In this document: piece by piece, positions 1-12,093 of the stretch
Numbering within the stretch: position 1 is the first letter of the stretch
Layout: every line of letters begins with the position of its first letter
NCBI GenBank assembly: GCA_963789265.1
Contig: CAWBKB010000001.1
Location: 128,001-192,000 of the forward strand
Direction: 5' to 3'
DNA: 64,000 nucleotides
From: an uncultured delta proteobacterium
GTDB taxonomy: Bacteria > Desulfobacterota > Desulfomonilia > Desulfomonilales > Desulfomonilaceae
Made by a program: the position numbers and the translations under genes
The notes under the pieces: model-generated
Databases searched by the model: none
What the model saw: only the letters and a program-made list of their open reading frames with translations
What the model was told of the DNA's origin: nothing

Positions 1-2
1 AG

Positions 3-1169
3 AAGCTTCCATACCGGTGGGTCATCCTGGGGCTGATGACCGCATCTTTCCTGTTTACCTTCATCGTCAGATTCTCTTGGCCGCCTCTCATCCCGGTAGT
101 AGTCCCACTGTTGAAGATAAATATGGCTCAGGCTGGCGCTTATATGAGCGCCTTTTACTTCGGGTATATTATCACACAGATACCGGGAGGGTTGTTGGCT
201 GATCGTTTTGGGCCGCGCCTGATTCTGACAGCCAGCCTCATCATCGAAGGCATCGCTACGTTTGGAATGGGGTACGTCAATACGTTCGATGTCGGTTTTG
301 CGCTGCGGGTTGCGACCGGCTTGGGGGCCGGAGCGCTCTACGGGGCCTGTACCCGTAGTCTTTTTGAATGGTTCCCGCCGGAAGAAAGAGGCACAGCTTT
401 CGGAATAATGCTGGCCGGTCCTTCGGGCGGCATTCTCGTGTCCAGCTTCATCATGCCTCCATTGAACGCGGCCTTCGGCTGGCAGGGTGCATTTCAAGCG
501 GTCGGACTGCTGACCATCGTGGTGGGCATAATCGTTTTCCTGCTGGTGCGTTCTTCAGATCAGACCAAAAGCAGCGGGAGCATGTTCGGCGGTTTCAAGA
601 TCGTGTTTGGCAATAAGGACATCATGCTCACGTCTCTGTCGTGTTTCTGCTTGATGTGGGTGGAGCTGGGAACTGCTACTTGGGCGTTTGCCCACATCAA
701 ACATTTGGGGCTAGAACTCAAATTGGCCGGCACGGTAATGATGTTCTACGGCGTTGGAGGACTCCTTTCACCGGTGATATCCGGGATCGTTTCCGATCGC
801 ATAGGGCACAGGAAATGGATCTACATTATCGCTCTTCTCTTCATTGCGCCCATGACAATTGTTTTTGGCGCTCAAACGGATGTCAAAATGTTGTGCATTG
901 TAGGATTTCTGTTCGGCTTTTGTTCATATTTCGCCAATCCTCATGTGAGCATCATGATTTCCGAATTCGCAGGGAAACAGTTCGCTGGACTAGCCAATGG
1001 AAGCTCCAACGTTATCTTCCAGACTGCATCCATGATCGGACCCTTTGTCATGGGGTGGGGGATAGATCTCACCGGCCATTTTTCCACAGTCTGGTGGATC
1101 ATGGCAGCCGGCCCGTTGGTGGGGATCCTCATCATGTTGCCGGTGAATCCCGAAAACAAGGGAGACTAA
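3..1169 (+). CDS. MFS transporter (5' end outside window)
   Basis: About 12 hydrophobic segments; MFS motif A GLLADRFGPR and its repeat GIVSDRIGHR. The frame is open upstream of the Met at 36 (KLPYRWVILGLM). Confidence 0.92.
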   Translation, partial: KLPYRWVILGLMTASFLFTFIVRFSWPPLIPVVVPLLKINMAQAGAYMSAFYFGYIITQIPGGLLADRFGPRLILTASLIIEGIATFGMGYVNTFDVGFALRVATGLGAGALYGACTRSLFEWFPPEERGTAFGIMLAGPSGGILVSSFIMPPLNAAFGWQGAFQAVGLLTIVVGIIVFLLVRSSDQTKSSGSMFGGFKIVFGNKDIMLTSLSCFCLMWVELGTATWAFAHIKHLGLELKLAGTVMMFYGVGGLLSPVISGIVSDRIGHRKWIYIIALLFIAPMTIVFGAQTDVKMLCIVGFLFGFCSYFANPHVSIMISEFAGKQFAGLANGSSNVIFQTASMIGPFVMGWGIDLTGHFSTVWWIMAAGPLVGILIMLPVNPENKGD

Positions 1170-1540
1170 GCCAACCAACATACAGCGGAGGTCTCCGATA
1201 TTATGTCCGACTGTATAACAATGCGTCTCCGAACAGTCGTTATCCGGGCAAGAATTTAATGCCCCAAGAGATCTCCGGCGGCTACTGCGTTAAGCGCATC
1301 TATTCTTGCCTCGGCTCTCTGAAAGAGTGAGGACATCGTGATTTGTTTTACGAATACCGACTGGTGACCTAGGGAACGGGGGTAGGGCGGCAAGAAGAAT
1401 TCTAGAACTACATGATCAACAAGGGCAATTGCCCCCGTTTTCCTTGACAATGGGCTTTCACAAGATCTAATATGCCGTCATATGTCGCGATATCACGCCG
1501 TCTTTTTCGTAACCTATTGAATTGATTAGCATACGAAAAT

Positions 1541-1587
1541 GCCTGTCACGCCGGAGGTCGCGAGTTCGAGTCTCGTCGCTCCCGCCA
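1541..1587 (+). tRNA. 3' half of tRNA-Asp(GTC), an att-core remnant rather than a complete tRNA
   Basis: GCCTGTCACGCCGGAGGTCGCGAGTTCGAGTCTCGTCGCTCCCGCCA contains an anticodon loop with GTC, a T-arm GTTCGA and a CCA end. The upstream sequence cannot form a D-arm or the 5' acceptor strand. Confidence 0.85.
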
Positions 1588-1605
1588 CTTAACCGCCTGT
1601 AATCA

Positions 1606-1644
1606 CAGGGAAGCCTAGACAAACAGGCTTCCCTGCTTTCGTTT
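1606..1644 (+). terminator. Hairpin / intrinsic terminator after the tRNA fragment
   Basis: CAGGGAAGCCT-N8-AGGCTTCCCTG followed by CTTTCGTTT. Confidence 0.65.
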
Positions 1645-1658
1645 ATTGGGATGATTCA

Positions 1659-1678
1659 GGGCTCCCAAAGGGCTCCCA
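1659..1678. repeat. Short direct repeat GGGCTCCCA x2, possible integrase arm-type site
   Basis: GGGCTCCCA-AA-GGGCTCCCA about 70 bp from the att core. Confidence 0.4.
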
Positions 1679-1890
1679 CAAGAAAATAAACACGCGTTCG
1701 CGAGGCACCCTTTGAAAACGTTGCCAAAATTGGAAGACTGAACTCTCGGGAGAACCTTATATGTGGGGTCGGACTCAGGCACTCTCGTTCGAAGGCAGTG
1801 CAGGATAATGTCTGAAAGTTTGAAACGTAAACGTTGCACCGTGACCGTAAGGAATTTCTGAGCATTGCTTTTTGAAGAATCTCCACGAAG

Positions 1891-3615
1891 ATGTTGAAGA
1901 ACTCGGAGTCCTTTAAATTGAATCATATCCAGCAACCCGCGGTGCTAACTATGGCGACGGTTGAAGCTGTCCTAGATCAGCTTTTCGACAAGGGAGTTTT
2001 ATTCCACCTTGATGATGAAGGCCTCACCAGACATTTGGCAGCGAGCTTTTTTGGGAGAAATGTGTGGCATTTGCCATTGGAAGAGATCCGCGAATTAATC
2101 TTCAACTTGGACGGCTGCCCTCCCAATATTCCTTCTGATATGCAGAAATTTCCTGAATGGGTCCGAAAAGAATTATTCCTTTTTGAGTGGCTTCCAAGAA
2201 AATCCCTGGCAGAGCTTTACGACTGGGCATCAAAGGATTTGCGAGATATTGAAAACAATATTGCCAATTGCAACCGCGCTATTCATGAATTAGAGCATCG
2301 TGAGTCCAAAGCGGATGCGGACGATTACGAAGTCAGATTCCATAAATATTTTCTGGAATTGAACAAGACGGCAAAGGACGAAATAGTTGATGTCTTGGCA
2401 CATAGCATCCATGAAAAAGCGCTCCGAAATTCCTATTGGGCGGATCGAATTTACAAAGCGCTAGTCAACTTTGCCGTCTGGACGTTCCACTTAAACCCAC
2501 CGATGTTCGACCCCGCCGCCTTCTCCACTATCAGACATAACTTTCGTGATTTGGCGATCCCGGAATGGCGTGAAATGGAGCGACTGTACAAAGAACCGGA
2601 TAAGACGGAATTTGATCAACGCCTCGAAACGTATATTTCGGAAATAAGACCAGCAGACCAGATTCGGTGTTTGATTGACGAGCACCATCTGCTCGCTGCA
2701 CGCAAAACTATTCTCCAACAAATGCTGGGGGCTTACGAGCGAAAGGAATTTGCGTTATTCATGAATGCCGCGGCTACACAGGTCGAGGGAATCATTGAAG
2801 ACTGTTGCCTGCTCTCGGGGTTATCTCTTGATAAACTCCGAAAGAGCGGCAGCATCAGCAGCAAGGTTTACGAGCTCGTCAATGATCCAAGTGTTCGGAT
2901 TGATAATGTCTATTATGCCTTCAAGTTTCCTGTGGTAAGAAACCGAGTTGCCCATGGTCAAACGGTCCCGACGGAAATGCGTGATACTCATTTGCTGTTA
3001 CTGGACCTATATGATTGTTGCAGGATGGTGTGCGAACACCCTGGTACCACGAATGCCTTAGTGAAGTTGCTGCGGCGAGCGACACCTGGCAAAGCAACTA
3101 TTGCTGATGTAGTTGAGTTCGCAACCATTTATGCAGAAACCAATGGAGAGTCTCCGAATCAGTTCTATGGCCTAGATGAGGAATTTACAGAATTCACCTT
3201 GCTTTTGGACGATCAAGTCCTGTGGAGTTTTATGCAGGCATTACTTAATGGTCGCCAGTTTGACGAAATTGACAATGGATTACGTTTGATCGGAAGGAAA
3301 CTTAAGAAGATTATCCATACTCGAAGCACCTCGTGTGTTCGTTTGCTCGCAGGATTGGGTGAGAGGGGTAAAGGTAAATTTAGGTGTGATCGGTTCATGA
3401 CCGCTGTCCGTAGCTGGCAAGGTCACGATCATTTGGTGAAAAACCTCGATGAACTTCGTCGTTTATTTGTCCGTTTGCTTCAGGCACGTGAGAAGTGGCT
3501 GAGGACTTCCGAAATCGCTTATGCCCGGTGGGAGGAACGAGGTCGCACTCACGGGCGAGATTGGGAGGACTGGTTCGCTGCAGAAAAGAAGCTTGGGGTC
3601 GGTAACAAGAGGTAG
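1891..3615 (+). CDS. HEPN-motif protein with C-terminal DUF2934-like tail
   Basis: 574-aa ORF with an E...RxxxxH arrangement (QVEGII...VRNRVAHG). The C-terminus IAYARWEERGRTHGRDWEDWFAAE resembles DUF2934. Confidence 0.6.
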   Translation: MLKNSESFKLNHIQQPAVLTMATVEAVLDQLFDKGVLFHLDDEGLTRHLAASFFGRNVWHLPLEEIRELIFNLDGCPPNIPSDMQKFPEWVRKELFLFEWLPRKSLAELYDWASKDLRDIENNIANCNRAIHELEHRESKADADDYEVRFHKYFLELNKTAKDEIVDVLAHSIHEKALRNSYWADRIYKALVNFAVWTFHLNPPMFDPAAFSTIRHNFRDLAIPEWREMERLYKEPDKTEFDQRLETYISEIRPADQIRCLIDEHHLLAARKTILQQMLGAYERKEFALFMNAAATQVEGIIEDCCLLSGLSLDKLRKSGSISSKVYELVNDPSVRIDNVYYAFKFPVVRNRVAHGQTVPTEMRDTHLLLLDLYDCCRMVCEHPGTTNALVKLLRRATPGKATIADVVEFATIYAETNGESPNQFYGLDEEFTEFTLLLDDQVLWSFMQALLNGRQFDEIDNGLRLIGRKLKKIIHTRSTSCVRLLAGLGERGKGKFRCDRFMTAVRSWQGHDHLVKNLDELRRLFVRLLQAREKWLRTSEIAYARWEERGRTHGRDWEDWFAAEKKLGVGNKR

Positions 3616-3796
3616 AATTTGGCTATACCCACCCTGATCACGGACAATTCGACGGAGCGGCGCACCCGTGTGCTCTCGCCCGATCACAGACCTCTTCGAT
3701 AACAGCAGTTAGCCATTGTATACTGCATCGCATTGCGCTTAGGGATTGAAAGGCTTCACAAAACCAATGCAATCGTCTCTTGTGTTGAATTCTTCA

Positions 3797-3887
3797 ATCT
3801 TCCTGTCATCGAAGGAGAACCCTTCAATTTCTCCCCCCAAATCTGCGTCTATGATCGTCACTTACACGGTTTTCACGTCCTTTTTCC
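3797..3887 (-). mobile_element. Degenerate tyrosine-integrase C-terminal fragment, copy 1
   Basis: Aligns by eye with about 5727-5817; shares TCAATTTCTC and TTTTCACGTCCTTTTTCC. Confidence 0.6.
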
Positions 3888-4035
3888 AGTAACCCAACGG
3901 CGGAGTTCAAGAATTGGGGCATCGGTTGTGGGCATGAGCGTGCCAATACAGAGTTCACGAACTGTGCTATAGTGGAAATTCGCAGGGAATCAGTGGGGAA
4001 CTTTGTTTTTGGAGTTAAAAGGAGGATTTGGTTCC

Positions 4036-4398
4036 ATGCCCCAAAATGCAGATACTGGGCGGCGGGGTCTTGAGAATGGTTACCGCAGAGCTGACGAAAT
4101 AGGTGCTTTGCTGGGAGCAGTTCGAATTAACCGGAGCAGTAACGAATTTCGCTGGGAAAACCGGATTGTCCTGATTAAGACCGGACCGTCCATTGTAGCG
4201 ATTCGTGATACACTACGCCGTGTTACTGCCATTATTTGCGGCAAAGAGACGCGTAACGGGTGGGAGCTATACGAGATGGATCCGACTACTTTCGAGCAGT
4301 TATCTGTGCAGTCGCAGAGCAGCGGACATAACGAGAATTACCGGCTTGTTCGACAGGGGCAAATCAGAGACCACGGCAGAAGAATCGCTGTGGCCTGA
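4036..4398 (+). CDS. Hypothetical protein (120 aa), translationally adjacent to the HEPN gene
   Basis: GGAGG RBS upstream of ATG 4036. The stop at 4398 is immediately followed by GTG at 4399. Confidence 0.6.
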   Translation: MPQNADTGRRGLENGYRRADEIGALLGAVRINRSSNEFRWENRIVLIKTGPSIVAIRDTLRRVTAIICGKETRNGWELYEMDPTTFEQLSVQSQSSGHNENYRLVRQGQIRDHGRRIAVA

Positions 4399-5738
4399 GT
4401 GCACCCAGATGTTAAGGATATGGTGAGCAACGCAAAGCGGATCTCCGGAGAAGATGGAGTTGGCGAAACGCTCCTGACCGTGGACTTTGAAACTTTCGCA
4501 GCGCATCTATTCGAAAGCGGCTTGTGCCTGGAGTATCAAAACAGAGGCCTCGATAATTCGTTGAGATCATCGGGAGTGGTCATATGTTTAACCCTGTATC
4601 TGATTTCGGAGCCGAATTGCGTCAAGGACGAGTCCTTTGCCTGATGCCTATTGAGCGCATTCGTTTCGATGAACAGCTTGAAGGGCCAAACGGCGCAATG
4701 TTCTATCCCGCGGAAACCATCGATTTCCGCACGCTTCGAGTGGTATCAGACCCAGATAGGGAGCTGGAGGATTTCCGGCATCGACAAAACCCGTGGGACG
4801 AAGACGATATTACATCGGGCATTTCAGGGTTAAATGCAACGGTGTTGCAATCTTGTCCTCTAATTGCTCGGCCGATCGACCTGAACTGGTCATCCTTTCT
4901 GAGCATGCACCCTGCTGAACACAAGGACCTTCTGCCAGGGTTAGTGGGCAACTTCGAAGAATCGATGGACCTCGTGCGGTATCATGGCGCACGGCTCGAT
5001 CTTCCTGAAACTCTCCCAGGTCGCGTGGGCCTCATCTCACTGCCCGAGTGGTTCTCGGCTGCTCTACTCTACAATCTGCAAGACCACGAGAGCTATATTT
5101 TGGGCGGACGTCATTTCATAACCGCCGTAATCACAGGAGTTGGGCTAGAGTTGGAAGACTGGGCACCCTATCCAGTCTTGAACTGTGGGGAAGTAGGGAA
5201 TATTGTCAGGTGCGCTTTGTCACTTTACACTCGAGCGCTTGAAGGCAGCGACAATACCGTCAAGTTCATCCAGATAATGTCGCTCCTTGAATTCCTCGCC
5301 ACACCTGGAGAATACAGGGGCTCCGATGCCACCCGGCAAGCAGTCGGTTTACACGTTGCGAATACTAAGCGAGAATATCATCAACTGAGTGAAAGACTCA
5401 GAAATCTTCAAGGAGCGAAATCGCCCGAGGGGCGCCACGTAGGATACCGCACACGGGTGGTGCATTGTGGCGAAAGTGTCGAGAATGTCCTGGCTCCTGG
5501 AGAGAGTTTGGGGGCCTTGTTTGGTGAACTAGACCGCTATATTCATATAATCATAGACTTGTTAATCTCGAAAGCAAACGACCCATGGGCAAAAGTGGTG
5601 GAGTGGAGGGATGACCGTAAGAGAAACCCTCGGTTTGTGACAGTGAACACTGAGGCGGGTTGGCGCTCACGCTCAGGCATATGCCCCCACGCCCAAAGGC
5701 CTTATTATCTTTATCCCCAAATCTCCGTCTTCCCGTGA
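4399..5738 (+). CDS. Apea-like HEPN domain protein (probable frameshift near 4555; true end may be near 5640)
   Basis: KFIQIMSLLEFL...YRTRVVHCG (RxxxxH). ORFs 4399-4644 and 4584-5738 join if one base is restored at GATAATTCGTT. Confidence 0.62.
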
Positions 5739-5935
5739 TCAAAAGTCAGCCGGTCAATTTCTCGCACCAAGTCTTCGTCGTTGATTGTGAGATACAGGCT
5801 TTTCACGTCCTTTTTCCTATCTCCATCGCCTGCAATCGCATCGGCTATAAGCGGATGCAGGCCGCTTCTCATGGCGTTGGTCTTCCAGCAATGTCGGAGA
5901 TCATGGAATCCCGAAGTTCCGAGTTCCGGGGACAC
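5711..5935 (-). mobile_element. Tyrosine-integrase C-terminal fragment, copy 2
   Basis: FHDLRHCWKTNAMRSG...KKDVKSLY carries the HxLRH box and catalytic Tyr region, with no N-terminal part. Confidence 0.85.
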
Positions 5936-6113
5936 CTTTTGTAATTCTTCAAGGGGGAAGCTGCCACAAGTACGGAGTGGCACATAGCCCACGTCGGTGG
6001 TTGTTCCGGCCTATCCTCACGACATCACACGGAAAGACAATCTGTATCTCCTGCCCTATGGATACTGTATAATTATACTTAGGCGTTAAGGCCGCACGCA
6101 TAGGAGAGTCAAA

Positions 6114-6302
6114 ATGAATACAGCAAAGAGTGAAGTCGAATCTCTGCTACGGAGACTCCCGGATGACTGTACGTTGGAGGATGTCCAATACCACCTATAC
6201 GTGGTGGAAAAAATCCGTAGAGGGATTGAGTTAGCCGACACCCGAGGCACACTTACTCAAGAAGAAATTGAGAGGCGGCTGAACAAGTGGACTACGACGT
6301 AG
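6114..6302 (+). CDS. Putative antitoxin of a ParE/RelE-type module
   Basis: 62 aa, LLRRLPDDCTLEDVQYHLYVVEKIRRG; overlaps the downstream toxin; GGAGAG RBS. Confidence 0.75.
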   Translation: MNTAKSEVESLLRRLPDDCTLEDVQYHLYVVEKIRRGIELADTRGTLTQEEIERRLNKWTTT

Positions 6303-6584
6303 CTTGGGCACCGGCGGCATTGGAGGATGTCGAGTCCCTGGCCGACTTCATAGCACGGGATTCCGAATTCTACGCCAGAGCCGTAGTAGAGAAGATACTT
6401 GATAGGCAAGAAAACCCAAAGACTTTCCGTCCGCCGGACGCATCGTGCCTGAGCTTGAGGATGAAACCGTCCGCGAGCGCTTTGTGTACAGCTACCGAGT
6501 GGAGGGCAATAGGATCGCGATCCTGGCAATCATTCATGGCAAACGGCTTGCTGATTTACTGAGTGACAGAATCAAGTACTCGTG
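6287..6584 (+). pseudogene. ParE/RelE toxin, frameshifted and internally shortened
   Basis: VAWAPAALEDVESLADFIARDS, then in another frame GRIVPELEDETVRERFVYSYR...ILAIIHGKR. Confidence 0.75.
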
Positions 6585-6696
6585 AACGTGGAGTTCGGGG
6601 TGAACTTCAGGGTACACCACTTGCACTGTTGACGAGCAATCCCTTCAGATCCCAGGGTGGCATATGGGACAATCTGCGCGCGTAGACTTGCTGCAT

Positions 6697-6777
6697 GGTC
6701 TACAATCGCATCGGCTATGAGAGGATGCAGGCCGCTTCTCATCGCGTTGGTTTTTGCAACAATGCCGGAGATCGTGA
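6697..6777 (-). mobile_element. Tyrosine-integrase fragment, copy 3
   Basis: KTNAMRSGLHPLIADAIVDH; DNA near-identical to about 5833-5905. Confidence 0.75.
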
Positions 6778-6932
6778 CTTCGAGGCTTAGGCACGTCTTC
6801 TTGCGGGTAAATCCGACGAACTCAGCGACCATCACAAGGAGAATCTTTAAAATCCGAAAACATTTCGGCCAAGTCTTGACTGCCTGAAAGTGGCGGATTA
6901 GCATCGGACTTGTTTGACAGGAGAAACCGCAA

Positions 6933-7163
6933 ATGGCCCCTGATTTTCACGACATTGAAGAACAAGCAAAGAGCCTTCCGCCTGAAGAAAGGGCTCGCCT
7001 GGCCGAGTCTCTCCTTGAATCGCTTCAGCAGGAAGGTATCGCTGAAGTCGAGGTTGCCTGGGCGCAGGAAATTGAGGCGCGAGTTGCAGCACTGCGCCGC
7101 GGCGAAGAAGAACTGATCGATGGCGAAACCGTCTTGGCCGAGCTGCGACAAATCGCTCGATGA
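6933..7163 (+). CDS. Putative addiction-module antitoxin component
   Basis: SLPPEERARLAESLLESL...AWAQEIEARV pattern; ATGA overlap with the toxin. Confidence 0.8.
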   Translation: MAPDFHDIEEQAKSLPPEERARLAESLLESLQQEGIAEVEVAWAQEIEARVAALRRGEEELIDGETVLAELRQIAR

Positions 7164-7399
7164 AAACCATTCGGTTCTTGGCTGCATCTCGCCTTGAGTT
7201 GCTGGCCGAGGTTCTGCGCTATAATGAGATAGAGGCGGGTTTAGGCATCAAATTCGCCCACGCTTTTGAACGGGCTCTCGCGATAGCGGTCCAATTCCCG
7301 CTTGCCGGTTCCCCAGGCCCTGCGGCAACACGAAAGGTCATTCTCAAAGGCTTCCCATTTTCCGTGTACTACCTGGGAGGAGAGAGAATCGGATCGTAA
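7160..7399 (+). pseudogene. ParE-family toxin, C-terminally truncated
   Basis: RFLAASRLEL...YNEIEAGLG...RKVILKGFPFSVYY, then runs into the convergent gene. Confidence 0.7.
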
Positions 7400-8253
7400 A
7401 TTTTGGTCTCAAAATAGTTGCTTATGGGCACACACTTGCTCATGAGCATGAACAGGATTTTGTCATGAAGATGAGTTTCTTCCCCGATAGAGTCGAAGTT
7501 TCCCACGCCCTTGGACAGTATCAGGTCGGCTTCTTCCGTAAGCTTCTTCATTTTGTCTGAACATCTGGCCGACACCGTACCCGGCAGAGGCCCGTTAATT
7601 CCGTTCTCTACAATCTCGGCGACTTTATCCATTTCGACAATGGTGGCTTCCTGCGCTGTGGCATCATTCAGGGTCGGGACGTTTCTCACTGCAAAGATGA
7701 CTTCCAGGTCGAAGATGCTCTTCACTGTCTCGATAAACAACCGGTCAAAAACTATTTCACCGGAATTGTCCCCGAGAATGAGTACAACACGGCTGCTTTG
7801 GAGCCTGCGCTCCAAATCCGCAAGGCTTTCGGAGAGGATCGGTTTGCGGAGTTGCTGCCGTATGAGCGGCTCAACCTCGATGGAACCTCCGGACCACATG
7901 ACATCGAGAGAATTTCCGATGATGGCAAGATGGGCAGCCGTGTACAGTCTGTCTTTCGATTCCTCGACCAACTCCTTGAGCCACGGATAAAGCTCCATAG
8001 CCCTTGCATTTTGCCTATCTTTCATGGCTTGAAAGGGATCGGAGGTGCCCAAAAACTGGGAGATCTTCACCAATGCGGTTTCGATGACATCTGGACTGGT
8101 CACATCCCACGCAGGGCCTCTTAGGCTCGGCAATTGCATTAACTCTGAAAGCAGTCCCTTGATTTGCGCTTCGTCAGAGGTCAGCTCTCTGATTGCTGAC
8201 AGAAGTGCCTTGTGGATGCATGAGATACAGTCCGGCTGTAGGAGCACGTTCAC
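7369..8253 (-). CDS. DUF89 / ARMT1-like damage-control phosphatase
   Basis: PDCISC N-terminus, IIGNSLD, GDNSGEIVFD, NDAT, SKGVGNFDS. Confidence 0.88.
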   Translation of the reverse strand: MNVLLQPDCISCIHKALLSAIRELTSDEAQIKGLLSELMQLPSLRGPAWDVTSPDVIETALVKISQFLGTSDPFQAMKDRQNARAMELYPWLKELVEESKDRLYTAAHLAIIGNSLDVMWSGGSIEVEPLIRQQLRKPILSESLADLERRLQSSRVVLILGDNSGEIVFDRLFIETVKSIFDLEVIFAVRNVPTLNDATAQEATIVEMDKVAEIVENGINGPLPGTVSARCSDKMKKLTEEADLILSKGVGNFDSIGEETHLHDKILFMLMSKCVPISNYFETKIYDPILSPPR

Positions 8254-8582
8254 CTCTTACAAGTTCAACGCAACATGGGTGCGAAACGTCTGAAGCATCC
8301 TCTCCAAGCCCAATCAGCGGTCGAAAAGTCCACGAGAGCTCCGCATACGGCTGCCACTTTCTTAAAATCGCCTTTATGCTTGGAGCAGAAACTCACGTAT
8401 TTCTCGCGCGGTATCGAGACTTGTGCTCAACTCTCTCTCCCAATTATTTTCACAGTTTCGTCGCTGGGACTACCCGTGTCAAGCCATTGGGTTAACGGAG
8501 CAATCTTCTGCAATGACGTGGACACGGTGAATATTGGCACCCACACTCGCAGCATGGTCGCCCCTGCGAGAAATGAACCTCA

Positions 8583-8722
8583 TCACTTTTGTCCCCAAAT
8601 TTCCGTCCTCCCGTGGTCAAAGGTCAGTCGGTCAATTTCTCCCACCAGGTCCGCATAGTTGATCGCAAGATACAAGCTTTTCACATCCTTCTTCCTACCT
8701 CCATGCCCTTCAATCGCGGCTA
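8583..8722 (-). mobile_element. Tyrosine-integrase C-terminal fragment, copy 4
   Basis: Minus-strand translation GHGGRKKDVKSLYLAINYADLVGEIDRLTFDHGRTEIWG matches copy 2. Confidence 0.8.
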
Positions 8723-8869
8723 CCGATCCGACAAAGTGTTATGCGTAGATCGCCTTCTGGTTTGAGACGCTTACAGTTGAACAGCCGTTCTCAACCTGTG
8801 CTTGACTAATTAACTCAAGTGTGATTGCCTTCCAATGAAGAAAACCTCCTAACTAAGAAGAGATCTAGC

Positions 8870-9331
8870 GTGAAACACGAGAAAAACCGTGAATTGCCGG
8901 AACACGAATTTGATGCTTTTAGAAGAGTCTGCAAAGATCGAGGAATCAAGTTTACCCCGCAGCGATTCGAGATCTTTCTCGAAGTAATGAAAGCCGGCGA
9001 TCATCCATCTGCCGAGGACATTTACAGGAGGGTAAGGGATCGCCTCCCGTCCATCTCTCTTGATACTATTTATAGGACCCTTACTACGCTCGAAAGCTAC
9101 GGACTCATCGGACGAGTCCAGGTTGTTGACAAAACACGGTTCGATCCAAACCTCAAAATTCACCACCATCTGATCTGCACTGTGTGCAAAAGTCTCACAG
9201 ATTTTTATTGGCCTGATTTCGACGATCTGAAGCCTCCGCCTGGAATAGAGAAGTGGGGGCATCCTGAAGCAAAGCATGTGCAAATCGTGGGGATATGTTC
9301 CAAGTGTGCCCAAAAAAGACGTAAGCGATAA
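8870..9331 (+). CDS. Fur-family regulator, probably PerR-like
   Basis: TPQR, DHPSAEDIY, SLDTIYRTL, HHHLICTVC and a C-terminal CSKC; lies directly upstream of katG. Confidence 0.9.
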   Translation: MKHEKNRELPEHEFDAFRRVCKDRGIKFTPQRFEIFLEVMKAGDHPSAEDIYRRVRDRLPSISLDTIYRTLTTLESYGLIGRVQVVDKTRFDPNLKIHHHLICTVCKSLTDFYWPDFDDLKPPPGIEKWGHPEAKHVQIVGICSKCAQKRRKR

Positions 9332-9436
9332 TTTGTTCCAGAAATCTGTTGGGAATGGGTCTAATTTGCACCAGTTAGTTATCCCAATAATTTAATTACG
9401 CTTTTAATTTACTCGCCAGAGGCGCCGAGATAGTGC

Positions 9437-9489
9437 TTGACATGCGCTTCACATCAGGTAAACCTACAACATAGGATGAGTTCTTAATT
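9437..9489 (+). promoter_or_regulatory. Candidate sigma70 promoter and PerR-type operator for katG
   Basis: TTGACA at 9437, a TAAACC-like -10, then the imperfect palindrome ATAGGATGAGTTCTTAATT. Confidence 0.4.
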
Positions 9490-9587
9490 AGTGTTATCCG
9501 TAGACTTAACTAAGCCAGGGGTTGATCCCTAATCAAAGGAGGTTTCAATTAATTAGACAGATGGGCACCAAAGCACGACATTTATAG

Positions 9588-11840
<2,253 letters not shown>

Positions 11841-11968
11841 TCGTAGCATAAACGTCTTGGAGGGCTTCTGAAGCGTATTCTGAACTGCAAATCGTATGAT
11901 CGGGAAGCGATACCCGCCACGAATTGACGGATGTTTTGAACGCTCACGGAGGCTATTGGCAAGATATG

Positions 11969-12010
11969 AGGGCGGCGTTTCAATATAATCTGAAACGCCG
12001 CCCTTTCTTT
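11969..12010 (+). terminator. Intrinsic terminator after katG
   Basis: AGGGCGGCGTTTCA-N8-TGAAACGCCGCCCT followed by TTCTTT. Confidence 0.8.
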
Positions 12011-12093
12011 AGGCCCTTACAGGTTGCCGGTCACGGAATCCGAGTCGGAAACACATAACAAGCGATAATACTCATCTTCGACAGTGCTCCATT

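Noticed and set aside
1500..1587. Complete tRNA-Asp gene
   Set aside because: The 5' half is absent, so it is reported as an att remnant.
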